Assembly (NCBI GenBank): GCA_004376105.1
Contig: SOKA01000043.1
Coordinates: 1 to 38,725, forward strand
Origin: Dehalococcoidia bacterium
GTDB taxonomy: Bacteria > Chloroflexota > Dehalococcoidia > Dehalococcoidales > E44-bin46
Direction: 5' to 3'
Length of the DNA stretch: 38,725 bases
Shown: piece after piece, positions 8,993 through 16,892 of the stretch
Numbering within the stretch: the first letter of the stretch is position 1
Layout: every line of letters starts with the position of its first letter
The notes under the pieces: generated by a model
Told to the model about the DNA's origin: nothing
What the model saw: the letters and a program-made list of their open reading frames with translations, nothing else
Databases searched by the model: none
Program-made: the position numbers and the translations under genes

Positions 8993-11025
8993 TTTTCCTC
9001 CGATGAAATTGCCTTGTCTGGCAGATGTTTCGGTTTAAATATAATGGAAGGCTTGGTGTTTGATGAATATGTAAAACCAACAGCCTCTTGAATATCTCCA
9101 TGTTTTACCTTCAGTTCTTCTATCGAACCCCAGTCCAAGGCTCGCATAATGCAGGCATCCACGCAGATAGGGTTTTTGTTCTCTTCCAGCCTGTCCAGAC
9201 AAAAGTCACATTTCTCCATCTTTGCCCCTTTTTCGGCTCCAAACTGAGGGACATCATAGGGACATACTCTGAGGCAAAGCCTCCCGGCACAGTTCACGCA
9301 CCTCTTGGCTTCGGTAATGGCCTGCTCCTCACCGTACCCCAGCGCTATCTCGTTAAAACTATGAACCCTTTCCTGTACAGAAAGAGTAGGCATTTCCTGC
9401 CGTTCGGCTTTAACAAGGTCAGCGGGTATCTCAACTTTAATATCTGAGGCTATGATGGGAACATCTATGTAGCTCTTTCCCAGAACCTCCCCCTTCAGAT
9501 AGCGGTCGATGTAGTATGCAGCCCTCTGTCCAGCCGCAATAGCGTCGATAACCCAGGCCGTTCCTGTAACTGCATCTCCCCCGGCAAAGACCCCAGGACG
9601 ACTGGTTTCCAGAGTTTCGGGGGCTACAGCGATGGTGCCACGTTTGGTTACCTTGATGTCGGTGCCCGCCAAGAGGGGGTTTAGCTCTGGAGATTGGCCG
9701 ATTGCGAATATAATCGTGTCTGCCGATAAGACATGCTCGGATCCTTCAATGGCCTCGAGGTGCAATTTCCCATTCTTATCAAACTCCATCCAGCGCAGTT
9801 TAAGGCACTCTACACCAGTAGCATATCCATTTTGGCACACAACTCTGTTGAAGGTGAGTGAGGGGTAAATGATTATTCCCTCCTTCCCAGCCTCAGCAAT
9901 GTCATAGTCTAGCGCTGGCATCTGCTCTCGGGACTCCAGGCATGCCACTTCCGCTTTTTGTGCTCCTAGGCGGAGAGCAACACGGGCACAATCAATGGCT
10001 ATACCGCCACCACCGAGCACTAGGACTCTCTGGCCCAGCTTTATCTTATTACCCAGATTTACGTCGCGCAGGAATGAGGTACCCACCAATACATTATCAG
10101 CTTCAGTGCCAGGAATAGATAGCTTATGGCCATTATGGGCCCCCACCGCAATGAAGATGGCTTTGTAACCCTGTCGAGATAGGTCATCCAAAGTCATCCC
10201 CTTACCTATAGGTGTGTTGGTCCTGATTTCTATCCCCAGACCTTTAAGATACTCAATGTCCCGGTTCAGGACTTCTCTCGGCAGGCGGTAATCAGGAATA
10301 CCGACCGCCATCATGCCTCCTATAACAGGAAGTGCTTCAAAGATTGTAACCTTATAGCCTTTTCTTATCAGATCGTAGGCTACGGAAAGCCCTGCCGGCC
10401 CTGAGCCAATAATGGCCACACCCTGCTCTTTTGTCCTGGGAAGAGGAGCCGTCTTTTCATCAACCACGGCATCATAGGCGAATCGCTTTAGGTCTCTAAT
10501 AGCCAGGGGCTTATCAACTTCACTTCTTTTGCACTCACTTTCACAAGGCTGAGAGCATACCCTGCCCAAAACGCCAGGCAAAGGTAGTTTCTCTCTCATC
10601 AAGTCTAGTGCCTCCTTAAACCTACCTTTACTAATTAGAGCGATATAGCCTGGTACATCCACATGAGCTGGGCAGGTTACCTCACAGGCAGACACATTTA
10701 TCTGGCCATTTCCGTTGGTGACAGTGATACCACAGCGTGCATTCTCCTGACACTTTTCCCTGTCCACTACGACTATGCCGTCCTCTTCTCTTCTGGTTAT
10801 CGCTTCGGCAGGACAAACCACGGCACAGAGAGGGTCCTCACAATGATAGCAGGCAGCGGAAAGGTAGGCCAAGAAAGGCTGAGGGAATTTCCCTTCTTCA
10901 AGTGGGGTTACCCTCCGCCAGTGAGCCGGCCCGGCGGGTATATCATGCCAGTCTTTACATGCTACGCAGCAGGTAAAGCACCCGATACACCTAGTCTGGT
11001 CGAAATAAAAGCCTGTCTGCATCAC
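8989..11025 (-). CDS. DmsB-like 4Fe-4S subunit with an internally inserted GltD/NfnB-type FAD/NAD(P) oxidoreductase module
   Basis: DmsB N-half (CIGCFTCCVACK; CYHCEDPLCAVVCP), then a GltD module (CPAHVDVPGY, LGRVCSQPCESEC, IIGSGPAG, VLGGGGIAIDCAR, VFAGGD), then the DmsB C-half (CLRVCPY, KCDFC, PICVDAC). 4-nt overlap with the dmsA-like gene. Confidence 0.88.
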   Translation of the reverse strand: MMQTGFYFDQTRCIGCFTCCVACKDWHDIPAGPAHWRRVTPLEEGKFPQPFLAYLSAACYHCEDPLCAVVCPAEAITRREEDGIVVVDREKCQENARCGITVTNGNGQINVSACEVTCPAHVDVPGYIALISKGRFKEALDLMREKLPLPGVLGRVCSQPCESECKRSEVDKPLAIRDLKRFAYDAVVDEKTAPLPRTKEQGVAIIGSGPAGLSVAYDLIRKGYKVTIFEALPVIGGMMAVGIPDYRLPREVLNRDIEYLKGLGIEIRTNTPIGKGMTLDDLSRQGYKAIFIAVGAHNGHKLSIPGTEADNVLVGTSFLRDVNLGNKIKLGQRVLVLGGGGIAIDCARVALRLGAQKAEVACLESREQMPALDYDIAEAGKEGIIIYPSLTFNRVVCQNGYATGVECLKLRWMEFDKNGKLHLEAIEGSEHVLSADTIIFAIGQSPELNPLLAGTDIKVTKRGTIAVAPETLETSRPGVFAGGDAVTGTAWVIDAIAAGQRAAYYIDRYLKGEVLGKSYIDVPIIASDIKVEIPADLVKAERQEMPTLSVQERVHSFNEIALGYGEEQAITEAKRCVNCAGRLCLRVCPYDVPQFGAEKGAKMEKCDFCLDRLEENKNPICVDACIMRALDWGSIEELKVKHGDIQEAVGFTYSSNTKPSIIFKPKHLPDKAISSEEK

Positions 11026-11084
11026 TACTCCTCTTCGACTTTTTCAATTTTGAGCCCAAATTTGACACTTATCAGTCTGTGGTG

Positions 11085-11537
11085 TTATTGGTTCGCCCCT
11101 TCACCTACAGTAGGGAATCCTTCTAGCTTCCATCCAATACACCCGCCCGTCATATTATAGACTTCCCAGAAATCAAGCTCCTCCATTATAGCTAAAGCGT
11201 TCCAGCCAGGACCATCACCACATGCGGAAACAGAATAAATGAGATACGCCTTATTCTTATCCAGCTGGTTAAGCTCATCCCTGAAAGTTTCAGAATCCAA
11301 ATCTATGTTGATAGCATTTTCTAAATGCTCATAGGCAAATTCTTCCGGGGTTCGCAGATCAATAATGACAAAATCGGGATTAACCTGGTTTTCCTGGACT
11401 AAGGTAAACGCCTCTTGTGGGGTAACATTTTCAATTATCTGGGCTTTGCCAATACAACCACCAGCTAACACAGCTACAATAACCAGCGATACCGAGAGCA
11501 CCAACATCACTAATTTTTTTAGACTCTTTTTTGCCAA
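11085..11537 (-). CDS. Rhodanese-like domain protein, probable lipoprotein (copy 1)
   Basis: Signal peptide ending LAGGC; IIDLRTPEEFAYEHLENAINID; YNMTGG...W. Start moved to TTG 11537 by alignment with the paralog and the AAGGGGGTGA RBS. Confidence 0.82.
   Translation of the reverse strand: MAKKSLKKLVMLVLSVSLVIVAVLAGGCIGKAQIIENVTPQEAFTLVQENQVNPDFVIIDLRTPEEFAYEHLENAINIDLDSETFRDELNQLDKNKAYLIYSVSACGDGPGWNALAIMEELDFWEVYNMTGGCIGWKLEGFPTVGEGANQ
11464..11536 (-). repeat. 73-bp perfect inverted repeat shared with 23877-23949 (5' ends of the rhodanese paralogs)
   Basis: Base-by-base comparison. A second identical 48-bp block (GATTCTGAAAC...GAATAAG) is also present in both genes. Confidence 0.9.
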
Positions 11538-11580
11538 GGTTATCACCCCCTTTCTTTTCAATTATATTCCGGCGTGCTTG

Positions 11581-12504
11581 TTAATCAGCCCTCCCTATTT
11601 CCAGCATCTTGTCCACAGCCAATTTTGCCTTGAGACGAATCTCTTCAGGAACCTTCACCTCAGGAGACATCTCCTCCAGAGACCACAGTATCTTTTCTAG
11701 GGTGATTCGTTTCATATTAGGGCAGACTGCTTGCTCAGAGGCAGGAATAAATTCCTTGCCCGGGTTTTCCTTTTTAAGCCTATATATAATCCCAATCTCT
11801 GTGCCCACAACTATCTCTTTAGCTTCTGTCTTCTGGGCGAACTTGATCATCCCGCTGGTGCTCAATGCCTCATCAGCAAGAGCAATCACCTCGGGCCTAC
11901 ATTCCGGGTGAACTATTATTTTGGCTTTTGGGTATTCTTGTTTCAGCCTGGTTATTTCCTGTGGCAGTATTCTGGCATGAGTGGGGCAATACCCAGGCCA
12001 CAGTATCATCTTCTTATTGGTCTTGGTTGAGATGTAATTACCCAGGTACTGGTCAGGAACAAATAGTATCTCATTGGCATCAAGACTTTCGATGACCTTG
12101 AGTGCATTGGCCGAGGTGCAGCAAATATCTGATTCTGCCTTAACCTCAGCCGAGGAGTTGACATAGCAAACTACGGTAGCATTTGAGAGCTCCTTTTTCC
12201 TCTCTCTGAGTTTATCGGCAGTAACCATATCGGCCATAGGGCAGCCGGCATTTATATCCGGAAGTAAGACTATCTTATCCGGGCAGAGGATAGAGGCTGT
12301 TTCTGCCATGAAATGAACCCCACAAAATACAATTACCTCGGCATCTGTCTTGGCAGCGTTTTGGCTCAAGCCTAAAGAATCACCGACAAAATCAGCTATG
12401 TCTTGGACTTCGCCCAATTGGTAGTTATGGGCGAGGATAACAGCCCCCCTTGTTTTCTTGAGGCTTAAAATTTTCCCAGTTAGTTCGACATGCTTATTTT
12501 CCAT
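11581..12504 (-). CDS. nadA: Quinolinate synthase
   Basis: ILAHNYQ, FCGVHFMAETA, AGCPMA, YVNSSA, HPEC, GTEIG, CPNMK. Confidence 0.97.
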   Translation of the reverse strand: MENKHVELTGKILSLKKTRGAVILAHNYQLGEVQDIADFVGDSLGLSQNAAKTDAEVIVFCGVHFMAETASILCPDKIVLLPDINAGCPMADMVTADKLRERKKELSNATVVCYVNSSAEVKAESDICCTSANALKVIESLDANEILFVPDQYLGNYISTKTNKKMILWPGYCPTHARILPQEITRLKQEYPKAKIIVHPECRPEVIALADEALSTSGMIKFAQKTEAKEIVVGTEIGIIYRLKKENPGKEFIPASEQAVCPNMKRITLEKILWSLEEMSPEVKVPEEIRLKAKLAVDKMLEIGRAD

Positions 12505-12510
12505 CAGTAA

Positions 12511-12960
12511 CTATCCTCCAGCCCTCTCCAATACCCTTATTGTGTCCCCCACCTTCACCAATCCCCCCCTGATTACCTTGGCAAATACTCCCTCTTTGGG
12601 CATGATGCACTTGCCTATCTGACGATATATGGCACATCCGATATGGCACTCTTTGCCAATTTGGGTGAGTTCCAAGACAATCTCTTCTTCAATACGTATG
12701 TGTGTGCCAACAGGAAGCGAGACCAATTCTATCCCCTCAGTGGTAAGATTTTCGGCGAAATCCCCAGGGCCTACATCAAAGCCCAGACCTCGCATCTTGT
12801 TGATGCTTTCAGTTGCCAACAGGCTTACTTGACGATGGGTACAGCAATCGGCATGAGCATCACCAACAAGACCATAATCGTCCTTAAGGACACCTTTAGC
12901 TACAGGTTTCTTCTTAGTACCTTTTTTCTTGCTCTTACAGACGGCAATTATTTTAGCCAT
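12511..12960 (-). CDS. MOSC domain protein
   Basis: GLVGDAHA, RQVSLL, PGDFAENLTT, TQIGKECHIGCAI...CIMPKEGVFAKV. Confidence 0.92.
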   Translation of the reverse strand: MAKIIAVCKSKKKGTKKKPVAKGVLKDDYGLVGDAHADCCTHRQVSLLATESINKMRGLGFDVGPGDFAENLTTEGIELVSLPVGTHIRIEEEIVLELTQIGKECHIGCAIYRQIGKCIMPKEGVFAKVIRGGLVKVGDTIRVLERAGG

Positions 12961-13021
12961 GTCATCATTACTCCAACCAGCCAGTCAAATGCTTTTCTGG
13001 CGCTTTATCGAAGGCGTCTTT

Positions 13022-13082
13022 TAGCCTCATCAGGCTAGGTTTTACCTGGCGACTAGGAGCTAATAGCTCCTAGTTTCGGCTA
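13022..13082 (-). ncRNA. Type II hammerhead ribozyme; predicted cleavage after GUC, between 13051 and 13050
   Basis: Minus strand: UAGCC-GAAA-CUAGGAGC-UAUUA-GCUCCUAG-UC^-GCCAGGU-AAA-ACCUAGC-CUGAUGA-GGCUA. All core nucleotides are present with exact spacing. Stem II (UAGCC/GGCUA) is the open stem, stem III is a perfect hairpin, and stem I has one C-A mismatch. Confidence 0.93.
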
Positions 13083-13140
13083 CCCCGGGTCTTTGTTCCT
13101 AGACCTCTTTATTTATGATTTTCTTCTTCATTCACTTTAC

Positions 13141-13335
13141 TCATCCCCCTGCTATCACTGGGATTAATGTTACTTTATCCCCTCTCCTTAATCTTCTGTC
13201 CTTTATCGCATCTGGATAGAAAATCTCCCCACTCACCTCCAGCAGGATGGGAGCAGAGGAAAGCTGGAGTTCATCCATAAGCTCCTTTATTGTCTTATCT
13301 TCCTTGACCTCTATCTCCTCAATGCCCACTTTCAT
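13141..13335 (-). CDS. ThiS/MoaD-family ubiquitin-like sulfur carrier
   Basis: 64 aa, ending GDKVTLIPVIAGG. Start placed at ATG 13335, which overlaps the upstream stop (ATGA). Confidence 0.88.
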   Translation of the reverse strand: MKVGIEEIEVKEDKTIKELMDELQLSSAPILLEVSGEIFYPDAIKDRRLRRGDKVTLIPVIAGG

Positions 13336-14132
13336 TTTCCATGTAAACTGTCTAAGATTCTGGCATGCTGCCCACAAAGCTCATATCCGCTCCCAAGCTG
13401 AGCAAAGATGAGTTCCTCTTGCCAGTGTGCATTATAAAGTCTACAGCCTTTATCCTTGCAAAAGGGGTCGCCGACAAGATAGTAGAAAAGCGCCTGCATT
13501 GCATACCCCTTCACAACCTCGGTCAGCCGCTCATCCTCGTAATCGATGAAACTCGCCTTCAATCTCTCTTTGAGTTCCAATAGGTCCTTTCCCAGCATCT
13601 CGTACTGTTGCTTAACAAGATAGTACTCCCTCGGCTTGGCCGGTGCCTCTACGAGCCCTGTGGTTGAGATAACCGAGGGGACACCATACACGCTTGTCCT
13701 GGCGTGGTACCGTTTGTCGCTCTCCTCCCAAGTGGCAAACAAACGGTTGGTAAAGAAGATGTGAACAAACCCAAGACAACGCTCCTCCCGTGCTACGAGC
13801 TCCGAAAAGACCCTTTGAAGTTGAAACCCGTCGTAGACGACTCCGAAGGCCTTTGTTTTTCCCAGAATTCTTCTTTTTTCATACTGGACCTCGCCATAGA
13901 GAGGTTCCGGCTCGGGTGCTATCTTTCTGCTCGCATCTCGAATCTTGATAGATGCGAGCTTTCTTGCATAATCTGGACTCTTCTCTAGCCGAAAAGCAAA
14001 GGGATTCCCCCTCACCTTGACTTGTACTTTCTTCAGCTTCTCTCTTAAATATCCAGCGATCTCCCCTATATCTAGCGTCTCAACCGCACCTTCATCGTAG
14101 ACGAGAACCTTCTCTATCCTGCGAACTTTCAT
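13332..14132 (-). CDS. Hypothetical protein resembling the DUF6775 putative metallopeptidase (archaemetzincin-like)
   Basis: C-terminal [20 protein letters not shown] and YHAR...[17 protein letters not shown], recalled from this family. No HExxH motif. ATGA overlaps on both sides. Confidence 0.6.
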   Translation of the reverse strand: MKVRRIEKVLVYDEGAVETLDIGEIAGYLREKLKKVQVKVRGNPFAFRLEKSPDYARKLASIKIRDASRKIAPEPEPLYGEVQYEKRRILGKTKAFGVVYDGFQLQRVFSELVAREERCLGFVHIFFTNRLFATWEESDKRYHARTSVYGVPSVISTTGLVEAPAKPREYYLVKQQYEMLGKDLLELKERLKASFIDYEDERLTEVVKGYAMQALFYYLVGDPFCKDKGCRLYNAHWQEELIFAQLGSGYELCGQHARILDSLHGK

Positions 14133-14911
14133 CTCAAATTTTCAAGAGCAATCTCAGCCGCCACCTCCCCTGATAGGAGCATAGCCCCAAAGGTTGGCCC
14201 CATCCTGGGCAATCCATAGGTTGTTGATACCGCCATGCCGGTGACAATCAACCCCGGGTGAACCTCTCCGGTGTGCTCAACAACTAGGTCTTCCGACCTC
14301 TCTACCCACATGGCACCTTGACCCTTGGTTTTGATTAGTCCCCTCTCCTCCAATTTCTTCACTACCTGAGCATCATGACCGGTAGCGTCGATAACCACTC
14401 TTGATTCGAGGGCAATGGGATCAACACACGTTATCTCTCTAGGCAATGCCGAGATGGGTGTCCAGTTAATCACGACTCCGGCAACACGATTATCTTCTCT
14501 TATGACTAGGTCATCGAAGTTCGTCATATTGAGAAACTTAACGCCGGCATCACAGGTTGAAGCAATAAGCTTTGAACACGCATGAGGGCCATCGGCGATC
14601 AATAGGTTCTCATTGACAGCCTTGTACGGTATACCAAGCTCGTCCAAGATCCTCTCTCCCGGATGTCTTATGGTTACCGTGTTCATCAGGAAACCTCCAA
14701 TCCAGAAGCCACCCCCCAGGTAGTTATTCCGTTCGACGATAAGAACCCTCTTGCCTGCTGTTGCCAAATTCCTACCTGCCATAAGCCCACTGGGACCGCC
14801 GCCGATGATGATGCAGTCGCTTTCCACATGTTCTTGAAACTGGGCGGCAAATTCAGCGACTATGGCACTACTTATGTCTTTTTCACTCACCGGACCGAAC
14901 TTCTGCGCCAC
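14129..14911 (-). CDS. thi4: Thiazole synthase Thi4 (Cys-type)
   Basis: [44 protein letters not shown]; GTG start after AAGGAGG. Confidence 0.93.
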   Translation of the reverse strand: MAQKFGPVSEKDISSAIVAEFAAQFQEHVESDCIIIGGGPSGLMAGRNLATAGKRVLIVERNNYLGGGFWIGGFLMNTVTIRHPGERILDELGIPYKAVNENLLIADGPHACSKLIASTCDAGVKFLNMTNFDDLVIREDNRVAGVVINWTPISALPREITCVDPIALESRVVIDATGHDAQVVKKLEERGLIKTKGQGAMWVERSEDLVVEHTGEVHPGLIVTGMAVSTTYGLPRMGPTFGAMLLSGEVAAEIALENLR

Positions 14912-15015
14912 TTTAGCACCTCCTTACCAATACTAACCCGTGGGTCTTCCACTCTTAGCATGTCCATCCTCCATTCTCAAAATGTCGATGAGAGATTTTA
15001 CGGACTTCAGGGATT

Positions 15016-15426
15016 TCATAGGCTAACGTTATTTTTTCCCCTCCGATTCTTAGTCAGGTAATCATCTATAGCTGATTTAAGCGCTTCCTCAGCCAAAACC
15101 GAGCAATGCATCTTAATTGACGGCAGCCCATCCAGGGCTTCGGCAACTGCCCGATTGGAGATTTCCAGCGCCTCTCCTATGCTCTTCCCTTTTACCATCT
15201 CGGTGACCATAGAGCTCGTAGCGATGGCGGCTCCGCAGCCGAAGGTCTTGAATTTGGCATCAGCGATGGTGCCATTATTCACCTTGATGTAAAGCTCCAT
15301 GATATCACCGCACACCGGGTTCCCCACATGTCCGACGCCATCAGGATTTTCTATCTCGCCCACATTCCTGGGGTTCTTGAAGTGCTCCATCACCTTATCA
15401 CTGTATAGCGACCATACATTACGCAT
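15016..15426 (-). CDS. iscU: Fe-S scaffold protein IscU/NifU-like
   Basis: YSDKVMEHFKNPRNVG, GNPVCGD, FKTFGCGAAIA, KMHCSVLA. Confidence 0.95.
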   Translation of the reverse strand: MRNVWSLYSDKVMEHFKNPRNVGEIENPDGVGHVGNPVCGDIMELYIKVNNGTIADAKFKTFGCGAAIATSSMVTEMVKGKSIGEALEISNRAVAEALDGLPSIKMHCSVLAEEALKSAIDDYLTKNRRGKNNVSL

Positions 15427-15437
15427 CTTTTCGTCTC

Positions 15438-16604
15438 CTATCTGTGGCTTTTTAGTAGCGGCGACATGGCTCTGAGTTTAGCTACAATTTGGGGTAATAC
15501 CTCCAGAACTCGACCTATATCCTCCTCACTGGTCCATTTCCCTAGAGTAAACCTCAACGAGCCGTGGGCCTGTTCATGGGAAAGCCCTATTGCCAAGAGA
15601 ACATGAGATGCTTCAAGGCTTGATGAGCTGCAGGCTGAACCCGTAGAAGCACAAATGCCCTCCAAGTCAAGATTCAGGACCATTGATTCCCCTTCTACAT
15701 AATCAACGCTTACATTGACATTGTTGGGCAGCCTCTTTTGGGGATGACCGTTTAAACGAATGTGGTCAATCCGCTCCAGAAGACCCTTAATAAGCTGGTC
15801 ACGAAGATAAGTCAGCCGCTCCGCTTCTTCACTCATTTCCTGCTGAGCAAGTTCCACGGCTCTGCCAAAACCCACAATTCCAGGGACATTCTCAGTGCTG
15901 GCCCGTCGCCTTCTCTCCTGCTCACCCCCATGCATAAAGGGAATTAGTTTTGTCCCCTTTCTGATATATAACGCTCCAACCCCCTTAGGACCGTAGAGCT
16001 TGTGGGCTGAGATAGAGAGTAAGTCTACCTCAAGCTCATTCACATCTACCGGGATATGCCCTGCCGTCTGCACAGCATCGGTATGAAAATAGATTCCTGC
16101 GCCCTTGGCAATCCTTCCTATTTCGGCTATGGGCTCTATGGTGCCCATTTCATTGTTAGCGTGCATCACCGAAATGAGAATAGTCTTATTAGTGATAGCC
16201 CTCCTGACATCATCAGGGTCAACCAAGCCATACTCATCCACCGGGAGATAGGTTACACTGAACCTCCTTCTCTCCAAAAACTTGCACGTCTCTATCACTG
16301 CATGGTGCTCAATGGAGCTAGTAATAATGTGATCCCCTTTTTTCTCATTAGCATAGGCCACACCCTTTAAGGCGAAGTTATCTGCCTCGGTGCCGCCACT
16401 GGTAAAGACGATTTCCTCATCCCGGGCACCAATAAGCTCAGCAACCCTGACCCTTACCTCCTGAATAGCCCCCTTTGCCTCCTGCCCACAGGAATAGAGG
16501 CTCGAAGGATTGCCGAAGCTACCGGTGAAGTATGGCAACATAGCCTTCACCACCTCGGGATGCGTGGGCGTGGTGGCAGCGTAATCAAGGTATATCCGCT
16601 TCAT
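15438..16604 (-). CDS. iscS: Cysteine desulfurase IscS/NifS
   Basis: [38 protein letters not shown]. Confidence 0.96.
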   Translation of the reverse strand: MKRIYLDYAATTPTHPEVVKAMLPYFTGSFGNPSSLYSCGQEAKGAIQEVRVRVAELIGARDEEIVFTSGGTEADNFALKGVAYANEKKGDHIITSSIEHHAVIETCKFLERRRFSVTYLPVDEYGLVDPDDVRRAITNKTILISVMHANNEMGTIEPIAEIGRIAKGAGIYFHTDAVQTAGHIPVDVNELEVDLLSISAHKLYGPKGVGALYIRKGTKLIPFMHGGEQERRRRASTENVPGIVGFGRAVELAQQEMSEEAERLTYLRDQLIKGLLERIDHIRLNGHPQKRLPNNVNVSVDYVEGESMVLNLDLEGICASTGSACSSSSLEASHVLLAIGLSHEQAHGSLRFTLGKWTSEEDIGRVLEVLPQIVAKLRAMSPLLKSHR

Positions 16605-16607
16605 TGC

Positions 16608-16850
16608 TTATCCCTCTACAATATCGCCAATGACTGGGTCGACCCTTACCCCCTTGCTCGTCACCCAGGCGATGCCCTGCTCGATTTCTTTCTCCTCCCC
16701 CTCCAGCTCCAGCACTACCCAACCTCTATTTTCGGATACATCAGCCCGGCGGATATTGGTCACTACCTTAAACTGGTGACTAAGGTTATAGATGATGGGC
16801 TCCCTAACCAATTCCTGGGGAAAGGTAAACATTACTTGTCTCTTGGCCAT
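16608..16850 (-). CDS. NIL domain protein
   Basis: 80 aa; EPIIYNL...TNIRRADV...GWVVLELEG...GVRVDP pattern. Confidence 0.85.
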   Translation of the reverse strand: MAKRQVMFTFPQELVREPIIYNLSHQFKVVTNIRRADVSENRGWVVLELEGEEKEIEQGIAWVTSKGVRVDPVIGDIVEG

Positions 16851-16892
16851 CTTATCCTCCTTCTTTATATAGCCCAGGTCGAATATCGAGTT

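Noticed and set aside
13052-13074. Perfect 11-bp palindrome read as a terminator or operator
   Set aside because: No proper U tract on the sense strand, and it is fully explained as stem III of the hammerhead.
14912-15019. TPP riboswitch or leader peptide upstream of thi4
   Set aside because: No CUGAGA or CCUGAU motifs. The 28-aa ORF (14933-15019) overlapping the iscU stop has no recognisable features.
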